DNA of 64,000 bases from a bacterium (GCA_024639975.1 JAHEFX010000001.1:1460-65459), one strand, 5' to 3'; positions 9,915 to 19,810 are shown, counted from the first letter of the stretch. Notes: generated from the sequence alone by a model not told the origin. A program made the numbers and translations.

Positions 9915-11033
9915 CTACAGGTCGCCGAGCTCGATGCCGAGCTCCTGGACGATCGCACGGATCGAGTCGAAGTCGGAATCGCTCGTTGCCGCAACGTTGT
10001 CCCAGCTATAGGCATCGAAGGCGGTCGCGAAGCCGTCCGGGTCGTCTGCCGCGAACGCCGAGATCGCGTCGACGATCGCCTGACGCACGTCCTCGGGGAA
10101 CTCGGGGCCGAAGGCGACGCCGTCGTTGGGGATCGGCGCCGAGATGGCGAGGATCCGCACCTGCTGGGCGACGTCCGGCACCTCGTCGGAGAGTCCGGCG
10201 CGTGCATCGTTGATCCGGTAGTTGTCGCCGCAGAAGAGGCGACCCTCGTCGTTGGGCCCGCAGGCGTCGAGGAGGTCGGCGGGGACGTCGGCGCCCTCGT
10301 CGGTGCCGTCCCAGAGGCTGTTGCGGTCGGCGTCGGTGGCGGGGCTGAAGAACTGGGTGCCGAACTCGGCCTCCCCGTTCACGATGGCCCGGGCGACACC
10401 GGTGTGTCCGCCGGCCTCGAAGCCCTCACCCGGTTCGATACCGGCGGCACCGAGCTCACCGGAGGGTACGAGGAAGCCGGAGGTCGAGCCGGGATCGGGG
10501 TAGGCCCAGGTCTTGCCGTTCAGGTCGTCGAGGCTCATGAGCTCCGAATCGCGCGGCACGACGTACTGGGTCCAGTACTCGGTGTAGCCGAACCGCTCGG
10601 CCTTGAGATGGATCGACACGCCGCAGAGGTCGTTGGCAAGGACATAGGCCTGGGCAGGGATGAAGCCCATGGAGCGGTCGGGCGCGGCGCACAGTTCCTC
10701 GACGGTCGCGGCGTACGACGCCGGGACGCTCACCTCGAACACGAGGCCGGTGGCCTCTTCGAGGGTCTGGTCCAGCAACTCACCGCCGGCCACGATCTCG
10801 TCGGCGGAGACGGACGGGACGAAGAGCACCTGGATGGGGTTCTCCTCGGTGCCGATCTCCACCATCGCCTCGGTGGTGGTGGTCTCCTCGACCATCTCCT
10901 CGGTGGTGGTCGTCTCCTCGGGTGCTTCGGTGGTATCCGAAGCCGCCTCGGTCGTGGTGGTGTCGTCGTCGCCGCCACAGGCTGCGATCACGAGCACCAG
11001 TACGGCCAATAGGGCCAGTAGGCGTTTCGCCAT
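9915..11033 (-). CDS. phnD: Phosphate/phosphite/phosphonate ABC substrate-binding lipoprotein
   Basis: Lipobox IAAC, Thr/Glu-rich linker, SYAA, DPGSTSGFLVP, GGH and PIPND motifs; AAGGAG RBS. Confidence 0.9.
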   Translation of the reverse strand: MAKRLLALLAVLVLVIAACGGDDDTTTTEAASDTTEAPEETTTTEEMVEETTTTEAMVEIGTEENPIQVLFVPSVSADEIVAGGELLDQTLEEATGLVFEVSVPASYAATVEELCAAPDRSMGFIPAQAYVLANDLCGVSIHLKAERFGYTEYWTQYVVPRDSELMSLDDLNGKTWAYPDPGSTSGFLVPSGELGAAGIEPGEGFEAGGHTGVARAIVNGEAEFGTQFFSPATDADRNSLWDGTDEGADVPADLLDACGPNDEGRLFCGDNYRINDARAGLSDEVPDVAQQVRILAISAPIPNDGVAFGPEFPEDVRQAIVDAISAFAADDPDGFATAFDAYSWDNVAATSDSDFDSIRAIVQELGIELGDL

Positions 11034-11101
11034 TCCTCACTCCTTGTCAGGTTCCTCCGGACGGCCGCCAGGGCCGTCACGTCGGGAGGGTAACCAGTCG
11101 G

Positions 11102-11689
11102 CTAGCGATGGAATCCATCCTCGCGAGAACTTGCCAAACGGCGAACCGAGGCCTCGAACTCGCTCCAATCGTGGACGTCGGTGGCGCCGGGGACCGGCGA
11201 GTTCCATCGGCGTACGAATCGATGGACGGCCGCCTCCGGGCGTTCGGCGACCAGGTGGGGGAGGACGTAGGGGCCGTCGTCGAGGTAGGCGTCGGCCAGC
11301 ACTTTCGGCTTGGCGTCGGGCGAGTGGATGCCGGTGATGTGGACCTCGTCGGTGGGGAACCCGTGCTCGGCGAGCCACTCCATCGTGTCGGCGCGCGCTG
11401 ATGCAGGCTTGGCCGTGATGACCGCGAGGTCATGCGACTCCGCGAGTCGGAGCGCTGCTTCGATCGCCCCGGGATACGGGTCGAGGTGCCGGAACAGGGT
11501 TGCCCCGTCCAGGTCCAGGCTCCATTCCCAGAACTCGTCCATGGTGGCGAAGTGGGTCAGCTCCGGGATGATGTTCCAGTGGGTGATCTGGTCTTCGGTG
11601 ACGGTGGCATGGAAGTCGCGGTTGTAGAAGCGGATCCAGCCGGAGTTGAAGTCCGCCACCACACCGTCGAGGTCTATTCCGAGTCGCAT
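11102..11689 (-). CDS. 5'(3')-deoxyribonucleotidase, NT5C/HAD family
   Basis: MRLGIDLDGVVADF (DxD motif), LDPYPGA, ITAK and YLDDGP motifs. The true start is at 11689 inside a longer shadow ORF. Confidence 0.88.
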   Translation of the reverse strand: MRLGIDLDGVVADFNSGWIRFYNRDFHATVTEDQITHWNIIPELTHFATMDEFWEWSLDLDGATLFRHLDPYPGAIEAALRLAESHDLAVITAKPASARADTMEWLAEHGFPTDEVHITGIHSPDAKPKVLADAYLDDGPYVLPHLVAERPEAAVHRFVRRWNSPVPGATDVHDWSEFEASVRRLASSREDGFHR

Positions 11690-11722
11690 CCGGCTGCAGG
11701 CTACGGCTCGTAGGCTCGCTGT

Positions 11723-12673
11723 ATGCCGGAACGTCTCAAGCTGGGTGTCTCCTCCTGCCTCCTCGGCGAGGAGGTTCGTTGGAATGGCGGACACAGTCGT
11801 GCGCGCTACCTGACCGACGTGCTCGACGAGTTCGTCGAGTTCGTACCGGTCTGTCCGGAGGTCGAGGTCGGCATGGGCGTGCCGCGCCCGACCGTTCGGC
11901 TCGTCCTCTCCGACGGTGAGGTCGCCATGATCGATCCCAAGAACGGGACCGACTGGACCTCGAAGATGCAGCGCCATTCGCGCTCCCGGGCTCGTCAGTT
12001 GGCCGACGAGCACCTGGATGGATTCGTCCTCAAGAGCAAGTCCCCGACCTGTGGCATGGAACGCGTCAAGCTCCATCGCGAGGGCACGAGTCCGCTGACG
12101 TCCGGCCGTGGCCTCTTCGCCGCCGAGCTCATCGACCGGAATCCGCTCCTGCCGGTCGAAGAAGAAGGTCGGCTGAACGACCCCGGTATCCGCGAGAACT
12201 TCGTCGAGCGCCTGTTCGCGTTCCGGCGCCTGAAGGAGCTCTTCGCCCCGAAGTGGACCGTCGGCGACGTCGTGGCATTCCACACCCGGGAGAAGCTCCT
12301 GCTCCGGGCCCACGATCCTGCGGGCTCGCGAGAGCTCGGCCGGATGTTGGCGGGAGCTGCTTCGAGGCCGCGATCGTCGTTCGCCTCCGAGTACCAGGAC
12401 GGGTTCATGTCGTCCATGGCCAAGCGGGCGACGATCCGCAAGCACGTCGACGTGCTGCAGCACTCGGTCGGATTCCTCCGCAGGTCCGGTGACGAGGTCG
12501 GCCGCGACGAGTTCTTCGAGGCCATCGAGGACTACCGCGCCGGCCTGGTGCCACTGGTGGTGCCGGTGACCCTGCTCCGCCACCTGGCTCGCCGGCATGA
12601 ACAGGCCTACCTCCTCGAGTCGTCCTACCTCGCTCCCCACCCCAAGGAGCTCATGCTCCGCAACCACGTCTAG
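11723..12673 (+). CDS. DUF523 (TudS) + DUF1722 fusion, YbgA/RudS-like Fe-S thiouridine desulfidase
   Basis: SSCLLG, VPVCPEVEVG and KSPTCG cysteine motifs; EEEGRLNDP; C-terminal YLAPHPKELMLRNHV. Confidence 0.9.
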   Translation: MPERLKLGVSSCLLGEEVRWNGGHSRARYLTDVLDEFVEFVPVCPEVEVGMGVPRPTVRLVLSDGEVAMIDPKNGTDWTSKMQRHSRSRARQLADEHLDGFVLKSKSPTCGMERVKLHREGTSPLTSGRGLFAAELIDRNPLLPVEEEGRLNDPGIRENFVERLFAFRRLKELFAPKWTVGDVVAFHTREKLLLRAHDPAGSRELGRMLAGAASRPRSSFASEYQDGFMSSMAKRATIRKHVDVLQHSVGFLRRSGDEVGRDEFFEAIEDYRAGLVPLVVPVTLLRHLARRHEQAYLLESSYLAPHPKELMLRNHV

Positions 12674-12710
12674 GGGGAAGAACCTGCGGCCGCAGCAGGT
12701 TGCACCCGAC

Positions 12711-13973
12711 ATGCGCCGCCTGCTTCCCCTTGTGACGGCCCTCGTGCTCCTCTCCGCTGCCTGCGCAGGCGACGACGCCGATCCGTCGCCGGCGTCGACC
12801 GCTTCCCCGGATGCCACCACGCCGGAAGCCGGCTCCACCACTTCGGGGGCCGGGGCGGCCGCCCCCTCCGGGGTGATCGTCGACGAGGACCCGGCCCTCC
12901 CCGATCTGCTGGCACAGGCCACCGAGCCGTGGGGGACCGACTGGACCCGCCGGACGATCGAGTTGGACGAGTTGCTGCTCGGCATCCGCGCCGTCGACCC
13001 CCGGGACCGCATCCGGCCGCTGGATGCGCCCCGGTTCTCGGATCTCGAGGCGACCACCGAATGGCTGCCGGACGACCAGCCGGGCGTCGTGGTCGTCGTC
13101 GATGGCGACGCTCGTTTCTATCCGCTCACGATCCTCACCCGCCATGAGATCGTCAACGACCAGATCGGGGCGGTCCCGATCTCGGTCACCTACTGCCCGC
13201 TGTGCAACACGTCCGTGGTGTTCGATCGCCGCTTCGAGGGAGAGACGCTCAGGCTGGGCGTCTCCGGTCTCCTCCGCAAGAGCGACATGGTGATGTGGGA
13301 CGACGCCACCACCTCCCTTTGGCAGCAGGTGAGCGGCGTGGGGATCGTCGGGACCCACGCCGGCAAGGCGCTCACCATCATCGCCTCCCGGACCATGAGT
13401 CTCGGGGCGTTCGGAGATGCCCATCCCGGTGGCCGAGCCCTGTCCCAGGAACAGGAGTTCGGCTCGACCTACCTGGTGAACCCCTACCTCGCCTACTCCT
13501 CTCGGGATGCGCCCTTTGGGTACTTCACCGACGAGCCCGACCCGAGGCGTCCGGCCCTGGAGCGAGTCGTGGGCGTGGAAGCGGGCGGGGAGGTGGCCGG
13601 CTACCCCTTCGGTGATCTTGCCGAGGTCAGGCTGGTCAACGACGAGATCGGTGGCGTGCCGATCGTGGTCATGTGGGGCGACGACGATGCCGTGGACAAT
13701 CTGGATGCATCCGACCCGACCAACTCGGAGGCCGTCGGTTCGGGGGTTGCCTACCTCGCGACGGTGGGGGGCCGGACACTCACGTTCGTCCCGGGCGAGG
13801 ACGGCACGTTCATCGATGGGGAGACCGAGAGCACGTGGTCCTTCGACGGCCGGGCGATCGCCGGACCGCTGGAGGGTGAGCAGCTCGAGGTCGCCGTCCA
13901 CCGCAACGAGTTCTTCTTCGCCTGGGCGGCGTTCTTCCCCGACGGCCGTCTGTTCGAGGTGTCGTCCGGGTAG
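12711..13973 (+). CDS. DUF3179 domain lipoprotein
   Basis: Lipobox LSAAC; HEIVND, TYCPLCNT, GVSGLL and SLWQQ motifs; C-terminal FFAWAAFFP. Confidence 0.88.
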   Translation: MRRLLPLVTALVLLSAACAGDDADPSPASTASPDATTPEAGSTTSGAGAAAPSGVIVDEDPALPDLLAQATEPWGTDWTRRTIELDELLLGIRAVDPRDRIRPLDAPRFSDLEATTEWLPDDQPGVVVVVDGDARFYPLTILTRHEIVNDQIGAVPISVTYCPLCNTSVVFDRRFEGETLRLGVSGLLRKSDMVMWDDATTSLWQQVSGVGIVGTHAGKALTIIASRTMSLGAFGDAHPGGRALSQEQEFGSTYLVNPYLAYSSRDAPFGYFTDEPDPRRPALERVVGVEAGGEVAGYPFGDLAEVRLVNDEIGGVPIVVMWGDDDAVDNLDASDPTNSEAVGSGVAYLATVGGRTLTFVPGEDGTFIDGETESTWSFDGRAIAGPLEGEQLEVAVHRNEFFFAWAAFFPDGRLFEVSSG

Positions 13974-14104
13974 GCCCGGGGAGGACGTCCTCGGATCCGA
14001 GCAGGTGGTGCAGTCGGCGGGCTCCCCGACATGGTCGCGGCGTGCTCGATGAGGACCGGCGATCCCACCGCGTGCCTCGAGACATGCAGTGGCATACTCG
14101 CCCG

Positions 14105-16279
14105 ATGAATGACGCCCCACCGAGCAAAGCTTTCGACTGGGGCGCCCTGAAGGCCGATTTCACGCCGAGGACGGTCGTTGCGACGCTCCTCACGGGACTG
14201 GTCCTCGCGATGGTCAACACCTTGCTGACCGTTGCCTTGGTCTCCCTCATCTTCCGCGGTGAGCTGGCCGATTCGGCTCCCCTGGGAATCGGTCTGGGTT
14301 TGGTCTCGTCGGCGGCCCTCGGGTTGGTCGTGGCCGTCCGAAGCAGTTTCTCGGGAAGCTACGCGGGAGTCCAGGACGCCAGCGCGGCGATCCTCGGACT
14401 CAGCAGTGTCTCCATTGCAGGTGCCCTGGTCGGACCGACCAGCGTGTCGACGGTCGTCGCCATGGTCGCCGTGACGTCACTCGCAACCGGGCTGGTCCTG
14501 TTGGTGATGGGACACCTCGGATGGGGCGAGATCGCCCGATTCGTGCCGTTTCCGGTCATCGGGGGCCTCCTCGCCGGCACCGGCTACCTGATCATGGACG
14601 GCGCTCTCGGGATCGTCGGTGTCGGCTCCGTCGAGGCGCTTGCTTCGCCAGACGGACTCGGCCTGGTGTGGCCGGCGGCGGCATTGGCCGTGGCCTTCTT
14701 CCTAGCCTCCCGGCGCAGCTGGAGGCCGAGCTCCTACCTCGCCTTCCTCGTTGTCGCCATTGCGGGCTTCCACGCCCTCACTCGGATCGGTGGGGTGTCG
14801 CGTGCCGGCGCCTTGGAGCGGGGCTGGCTGCTCGGGCCCTTCCCCGATGGCGGCTTGTGGCCCGGCTCGGTCCTTCCGTCGGTGTTGGAGGCCGATTGGG
14901 AGTTGATAGGGGGAGAAGCAGCCGGTCTGACGACGATTCTCATCGTGGTACCGATCACGCTCCTGCTCTACATCAGCGCGTTGGAGGTCGAGACCAAGGT
15001 CGATGTCGACGTGAACCGAGAGCTACGCGCGACCGGCTGGGGGAACATCGCGGCCGGCCTGCTCGGCGGCCCCCCGGGATACATGTACCTGGGCGACACG
15101 GCCATAACGGCGAAGGTCCTGGGACCGAGGCGTGGGCCTGCCCTCATCGCACCGGTGGCGGTGGTGGGGATCGTCGCCCTGGGCGGAACGGTGCTCGAGC
15201 TCCTCCCCACCTTCGTCATCGGTGGGCTGCTCTTGTTCGTGGGGGCCGAGTTCGCCTATGAGTGGCTCTGGAAGTCCCGTCGGAGGATGTCGGTCCTCGA
15301 CTACCTACTCATGCTGGTGATCGTCCTCGTGATCGCCTCGGTCGGGTTCCTGTCGGGAGTGGTCTCGGGTCTGGTCGCAGCGATCCTCCTCTTCGTGGTT
15401 CGCTACAGCCGGACGGATGTCATCAAACATGAGTTCACCGGAGCGGAACGCCGCAGCAACATCGACAGGTCCATCGGCGAGACCGACTACCTGACGGAGC
15501 ACGGTTCGGCGATGCACGCCCTCGAGTTGCAGGGTTTCATCTTCTTCGGGACGGCCAGTCAGATCCTGAACAGGTTCCGAGCGATGCTGGGCCAGCCTGA
15601 TCCTCCCGTATCGCTGGTGATGGACTTCAAGCGCATCACGGGCATCGATTCTTCGGCTGTTGCCGTGTTCGAGCGAGTTGCCCTCTTCGCTCGAGATAGA
15701 GGGATTCGGGTGCTGCTGACCGGTCTGACGGAGGCCCAACTCGGCCAGTTCGCGGATCTGACCACTGCCTACCGGGACGTGATCAGCCTCCAACCCGACC
15801 TCGACCACGGTCTCGCGTTCTGCGAGGAACTCATCCTCGCCGACGTGGAGTTCGTCGGCACCGCCCAGGCCGATCGCCTGCGGGACCTGGTCGGTGAACT
15901 CGGTGCCCACCTGGAACACAGGCGGTTCGACAAGGGAGATGTCCTGATGCGGCAAGGTGACCCGTCGCCGGGTCTCTATCTCATTCGCTCGGGTCAGGCG
16001 ACGGTCTTGTTGGATGTCGATGGGCGAGCCTCGACGCGGCTCAGGACGCTCCTTCCTGGCACGGTGCTGGGCGAGATCAGCCTCTACCGGGACGAACCGT
16101 GCGTTGCCACCGTCGTGGTGGACGAGGAGTCCGAGATCCTGCATCTGACCCCGGACGGGTTCGCTGCCCTCTGCAGCCAGGATCCCGCCGGCGCCGCCAA
16201 GCTGCATGCATTCGTCGCCCGGGTCCTGGCCGGTCGGGTCAGCCATGCCAACAAGGCGATCCAGGTGCTCCTCGAGTAG
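14105..16279 (+). CDS. SulP-family anion transporter with STAS and cNMP-binding domains
   Basis: RFVPFPVIGG, about 12 TM segments, LQGFIFFGTA and DSSA (STAS), GTVLGEIS (cNMP domain). Confidence 0.88.
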   Translation: MNDAPPSKAFDWGALKADFTPRTVVATLLTGLVLAMVNTLLTVALVSLIFRGELADSAPLGIGLGLVSSAALGLVVAVRSSFSGSYAGVQDASAAILGLSSVSIAGALVGPTSVSTVVAMVAVTSLATGLVLLVMGHLGWGEIARFVPFPVIGGLLAGTGYLIMDGALGIVGVGSVEALASPDGLGLVWPAAALAVAFFLASRRSWRPSSYLAFLVVAIAGFHALTRIGGVSRAGALERGWLLGPFPDGGLWPGSVLPSVLEADWELIGGEAAGLTTILIVVPITLLLYISALEVETKVDVDVNRELRATGWGNIAAGLLGGPPGYMYLGDTAITAKVLGPRRGPALIAPVAVVGIVALGGTVLELLPTFVIGGLLLFVGAEFAYEWLWKSRRRMSVLDYLLMLVIVLVIASVGFLSGVVSGLVAAILLFVVRYSRTDVIKHEFTGAERRSNIDRSIGETDYLTEHGSAMHALELQGFIFFGTASQILNRFRAMLGQPDPPVSLVMDFKRITGIDSSAVAVFERVALFARDRGIRVLLTGLTEAQLGQFADLTTAYRDVISLQPDLDHGLAFCEELILADVEFVGTAQADRLRDLVGELGAHLEHRRFDKGDVLMRQGDPSPGLYLIRSGQATVLLDVDGRASTRLRTLLPGTVLGEISLYRDEPCVATVVVDEESEILHLTPDGFAALCSQDPAGAAKLHAFVARVLAGRVSHANKAIQVLLE

Positions 16280-16311
16280 CCGTGCGCCGAGCTCGGCGTC
16301 GACTCGGCTGC

Positions 16312-17007
16312 CTAGACCACCGAATCGAGCCAGGCGGCGACGGCGCCCGGATTGGTGACGGCGATGTCATGGGGGCCGTCGAGCAGGGCGTAGGGCTCAC
16401 TCCTGTTGTCCATCGCCGACCGGGTTCTCCAGCACGGGTAGATCTCGGGCGTCGCCGAACAGAACGCGAAATGGGCAGGCAGCGCTGCAGCATCCTCGTC
16501 GGAGAAGCGAAGGGGCTCCAGCGATGGGAGCACCGGCTGGGGCGTGACCAAGGCGTTCATCCAATCGGCGTCGGCGGCCGACAGGTCCGGTCCTGCCTCG
16601 AGGGGGAGTGGGGGCAGCGATGCAACGGGGTCGATCTCGGGGATGGTCCGCCCTTCCCACGACGGGGGCTGGAGGTCTATCGCCCGCAGGCCGTCCTCGG
16701 GAATGGGGGCGTCGAGGTAGGCGATCGCCGAGAATGAACCCGGCGAGCGCTCGGCCGCAACGCGGGCCACGACCCCGCCCTGCGAGTGGCCCACGAGGAC
16801 CGGGTCGACCATGTTGCGAGCCGTGGCGAGGACGGCATCGGTGTAGTCGGTCATGGTCACGGGCGGGTGGTCCTGGCGCCATTTCGATCCGGCGTTCGGC
16901 AGGTCGACGGCCACGGCTCGGTGTCCGAGCGACCCCAGCTCCGGGATGAGCCGGTCCCAAGCCCATGCACCCCGGAAGGCGCCGTGGATCAGGAGGAAGC
17001 TCGCCAA
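16312..17007 (-). CDS. Alpha/beta hydrolase (esterase)
   Basis: LIHGAFRGAWAW, GHSQG nucleophile motif and GPHD; TTG start after GGAGG. Confidence 0.88.
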   Translation of the reverse strand: MASFLLIHGAFRGAWAWDRLIPELGSLGHRAVAVDLPNAGSKWRQDHPPVTMTDYTDAVLATARNMVDPVLVGHSQGGVVARVAAERSPGSFSAIAYLDAPIPEDGLRAIDLQPPSWEGRTIPEIDPVASLPPLPLEAGPDLSAADADWMNALVTPQPVLPSLEPLRFSDEDAAALPAHFAFCSATPEIYPCWRTRSAMDNRSEPYALLDGPHDIAVTNPGAVAAWLDSVV

Positions 17008-17324
17008 GCGTCCTCCGTGGTCGTGACGACGTCGGCGTAGGCGCGCACGTACCCGCCCTCGTACTTGGAAGGGTCCACGTGCGTCGAGAGGTCGTCGATG
17101 TGCTTGCGGTACTCGGCGATCTCGATGATCGCCTCGTAGTCGCCGACCGACTGCCAGACCCTCAGGTTCACCAGGTGGCAGGGATCCTCGGTGTCACGGA
17201 CGAGCGTGCGCGACACGAAGCCGGGCTGGGCCTCGAGGAAGGCGTTGAACGCCGCCGACTTGGCGATGTACTGCTCGGCGTGGTCGGGGTCCCAGGTCCA
17301 CGCATGGCTCATGACGATCTGCAC
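16989..17324 (-). CDS. Antibiotic biosynthesis monooxygenase (ABM)-like protein
   Basis: FLEAQPGFVSRTL...NLRVWQS pattern; GTG start with TACCCT -10 6 nt upstream. Confidence 0.75.
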   Translation of the reverse strand: MQIVMSHAWTWDPDHAEQYIAKSAAFNAFLEAQPGFVSRTLVRDTEDPCHLVNLRVWQSVGDYEAIIEIAEYRKHIDDLSTHVDPSKYEGGYVRAYADVVTTTEDAWRASS

Positions 17325-17396
17325 GGTCGCAGGGTAGGGATCCCGGCAGGGGCTGGGGCGCACGTGAACGATCCGTCCGGCGATATCGTCGGTCGC

Positions 17397-18365
17397 ATGC
17401 GAACGGCCCTCGTCCTCCTGGTCCTGTCCCTGTCGACCGTGGCATGCGCCGGGGAGGCCGCTTCGGGTCCCGACCCGCTCCTCGGCGACCAGTACGCCAT
17501 CTCGGAGCTCCGGCTCGAGTCGGCCTGGGAGACAACACGGGGCGCCGGCGTGACCATCGCCATCATCGACTCCGGTGTCGATCTCGACCACCCCGACCTG
17601 CAGGACAATCTCCTGGAAGGCAAGGACTACGTCGATGGGGATCGGCGGCCCGACGACGAGAATGGTCATGGCACCCACGTGGCCGGCATCGCCGCCGCCG
17701 TGGCGGGCAACGGCGTCGGTATCGCCGGAGCGGCACCCGACGCCAAGATCCTGCCGATCCGCGTCCTCGATGCAGACGGTCTCGGTGACCCGGTCGCCAT
17801 CGCCGAGTCGGTGACCTGGGCGGTCGAGAACGGCGCCGACGTCATCAACCTCTCGCTCGGTGGCTCCTCGGACCTGCTCGGCCGGATCTTCAACAAGGTG
17901 AGTCCGATGAACGGGGCCATCGACGATGCGGTCGCCCAAGGCGTCCTCGTCGTGGCTGCGGCCGGCAACGACAGCACATTCCTGACTGCCTTCAACAAGG
18001 ACACCCCGGTCATCGTCGTGAACGCCTCGAACGAGGCGAACCTCCCGGCCGGGTTCTCGAACTTCGGTGACCCGCGGGCCGTGACGGCACCCGGTGCGCG
18101 GATCCTGTCGACCGCCCCACTCGAGCCGACGACCATCTGGCCGGAGGGGAGCGAGGGCTATGAACAACTGTCGGGCACGTCGATGGCCTCGCCCTATGTG
18201 GCCGGTGTCGGCGCCCTGCTGATCGCCCAGGGATTGACCCCCGGCGAGGTCTGGGATGTGCTCGTCTCCACGACTCGGGACCCGCAGGGGATCTTCATCC
18301 TCTCTGCCGGTTTGGTGGACGCCGGAGCAGCCGTCGTCGCCGCTGCGGAGGTGTCCGGCGGGTGA
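17397..18365 (+). CDS. S8 subtilisin-family serine peptidase, lipoprotein
   Basis: IIDSG, GHGTHVAG, AAAGN and SGTSMASP motifs; lipobox TVAC. Confidence 0.93.
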   Translation: MRTALVLLVLSLSTVACAGEAASGPDPLLGDQYAISELRLESAWETTRGAGVTIAIIDSGVDLDHPDLQDNLLEGKDYVDGDRRPDDENGHGTHVAGIAAAVAGNGVGIAGAAPDAKILPIRVLDADGLGDPVAIAESVTWAVENGADVINLSLGGSSDLLGRIFNKVSPMNGAIDDAVAQGVLVVAAAGNDSTFLTAFNKDTPVIVVNASNEANLPAGFSNFGDPRAVTAPGARILSTAPLEPTTIWPEGSEGYEQLSGTSMASPYVAGVGALLIAQGLTPGEVWDVLVSTTRDPQGIFILSAGLVDAGAAVVAAAEVSGG

Positions 18366-18520
18366 ACGGGGTATGGCCCGATCGATAGATAAGGGGTTCA
18401 CAAGGACGGAATCCTGTGACATGATGCCCGTTCGAGCGTTCCCCTGCCCACATCCGTGCCAACCCCTGTGGGCGCTCTGCATCCAAATCCGTGCCACCCC
18501 TTCTCCCTGAGGTAACACCC

Positions 18521-19510
18521 ATGCCTGCTGCTTCCGAAACGCGAGTCAAAGCCGAGATCAAACTGTCCAAGGACAAGGGCAACAAGCTCACCGATGATCG
18601 CGGCCGCCTCACCACAGACCTCGTCTCCCAGTACCTCACCGCAATCGGCGAGTACGAGCTGCTCACCGCCGAGCAGGAAGTCGAGCTCGCCCAGCTGATC
18701 GAGGCCGGCGAGACCGCCGCCGAGAAGCTCGAGGCGGGGAAGTTCAAGGACAAGCGCCAAGAGATCGGGCTCCGCCGCCGTGTGCGCCGTGGCCAAGAGG
18801 CCAAGGACGCCTTCCTGACCGCCAACCTCCGCCTCGTCGTCGCCAACGCCCGGCGTTACGCCAACACCTCCGGCATCGACTTCCTCGACCTGATCCAGGA
18901 AGGCAACCTCGGCCTCATCCGTGCCGTCGAGAAGTTCGACTGGCGCAAGGGTTTCAAGTTCTCCACCTACGCCACGTGGTGGATCCGACAGGCCATCACC
19001 CGAGCCATCGCCGACAAGTCCCGGACGGTCCGGATCCCGGTCCACCTCCACGACACCCTCGCTGCCGTGCGGGCCGCGCAGGCCAGCCTCAAGGCCGAGC
19101 TCGGACGCGACCCCAAGCCCGACGAGATCGCCGAAGAAGCCGGTGTCACGGTCGACAAGGTCGAGCTGGCGCTCACCGTCGCCGACACCGTCTCCCTCGA
19201 GCAGCCCGTCGGCGAGGACGGTGCCCAGCTCGGTGACTTCATCGAGGACGAGGATGCCGCCGACCCGGTGATCATCACCGAGGAGATGGACGTCGCCAAC
19301 AGCCTCCGCAAGTCCATCGACCGCCTCCCCGATCGGGAAGGCCGGATCCTGGCGCTCCGCTACGGCTTCTACGACGGCGTGCCCCGCACCCTCGAAGAGA
19401 TCGGCGACGAGTTCTCCCTCACCCGGGAGCGCATCCGCCAGCTCGAGAAACTGGCCCTGTGCCGACTCCGCCACCCCAGCTTCGGCATCCGCGAACAAGA
19501 CCTGGTCTGA
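18521..19510 (+). CDS. RNA polymerase sigma70 factor, RpoD/SigB type, lacking region 1.1
   Basis: [31 protein letters not shown] and TLEEIG...TRERIRQLE motifs. Confidence 0.95.
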   Translation: MPAASETRVKAEIKLSKDKGNKLTDDRGRLTTDLVSQYLTAIGEYELLTAEQEVELAQLIEAGETAAEKLEAGKFKDKRQEIGLRRRVRRGQEAKDAFLTANLRLVVANARRYANTSGIDFLDLIQEGNLGLIRAVEKFDWRKGFKFSTYATWWIRQAITRAIADKSRTVRIPVHLHDTLAAVRAAQASLKAELGRDPKPDEIAEEAGVTVDKVELALTVADTVSLEQPVGEDGAQLGDFIEDEDAADPVIITEEMDVANSLRKSIDRLPDREGRILALRYGFYDGVPRTLEEIGDEFSLTRERIRQLEKLALCRLRHPSFGIREQDLV

Positions 19511-19530
19511 CCGAAGGCCGTCGCCTTCTC

Positions 19531-19566
19531 CGAGAAAACGGCGCCTCCCGGGGCGCCGTCTTCTCG
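19531..19566 (+). terminator. Stem-loop terminator after the sigma gene
   Basis: cgagaaaacggcgcc...ggcgccgtcttctcg inverted repeat. Confidence 0.7.
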
Positions 19567-19585
19567 TTGGGGTTCTTGGGGTTTC

Positions 19586-19800
19586 GGGAGGCCCCCCTCC
19601 CACTTCGCTCCGCTTCGTGGGGCCCATCCCCCCTGGCGGGGGGATCTCTCGGAGGTGAGGGTGTTTGGGAGGCCCCCCTCCCACTTCGCTCCGCTTCGTG
19701 GGGCCCATCCCCCCTGGCGGGGGGATCTCTCTGATGGGCTGATTCCTCTTGGCGGGGGATCTCTCGGGTGGGGCCATTCCGTCTGGCGGGCGGGTCTTTC
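19586..19800. repeat. REP-like tandem repeat: two identical 65-bp units plus two degenerate partial copies
   Basis: gggaggcccccctcccacttcgctccgcttcgtggggcccatcccccctggcggggggatctctc at 19586-19650 and 19667-19731; partial copies at about 19750-19765 and 19768-19800. Confidence 0.9.
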
Positions 19801-19810
19801 GGGTGGGGTC

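Noticed and set aside
10860..10970. 30-bp tandem repeat in phnD
   Set aside because: Encodes an ordinary Thr/Glu-rich lipoprotein linker (EETTTTEEMV twice).
11690..13057. N-terminal 456 aa of the 651-aa ORF
   Set aside because: Antisense to the DUF523 and DUF3179 genes; the real HAD protein starts at 11689.
12711..13973. Selenoprotein form of DUF3179
   Set aside because: The CxxC motif is CPLC with Cys codons, there is no in-frame TGA, and the gene ends at TAG.
18398..19777. 459-aa minus-strand ORF with repeated REIPPPGGMGPTKRSEVGGGPP
   Set aside because: Antisense shadow of the sigma gene read through the DNA repeat.
19586..19800. Possible CRISPR array
   Set aside because: Units are 65 bp with a 16-bp gap, there are only two full copies, and no cas genes are present.
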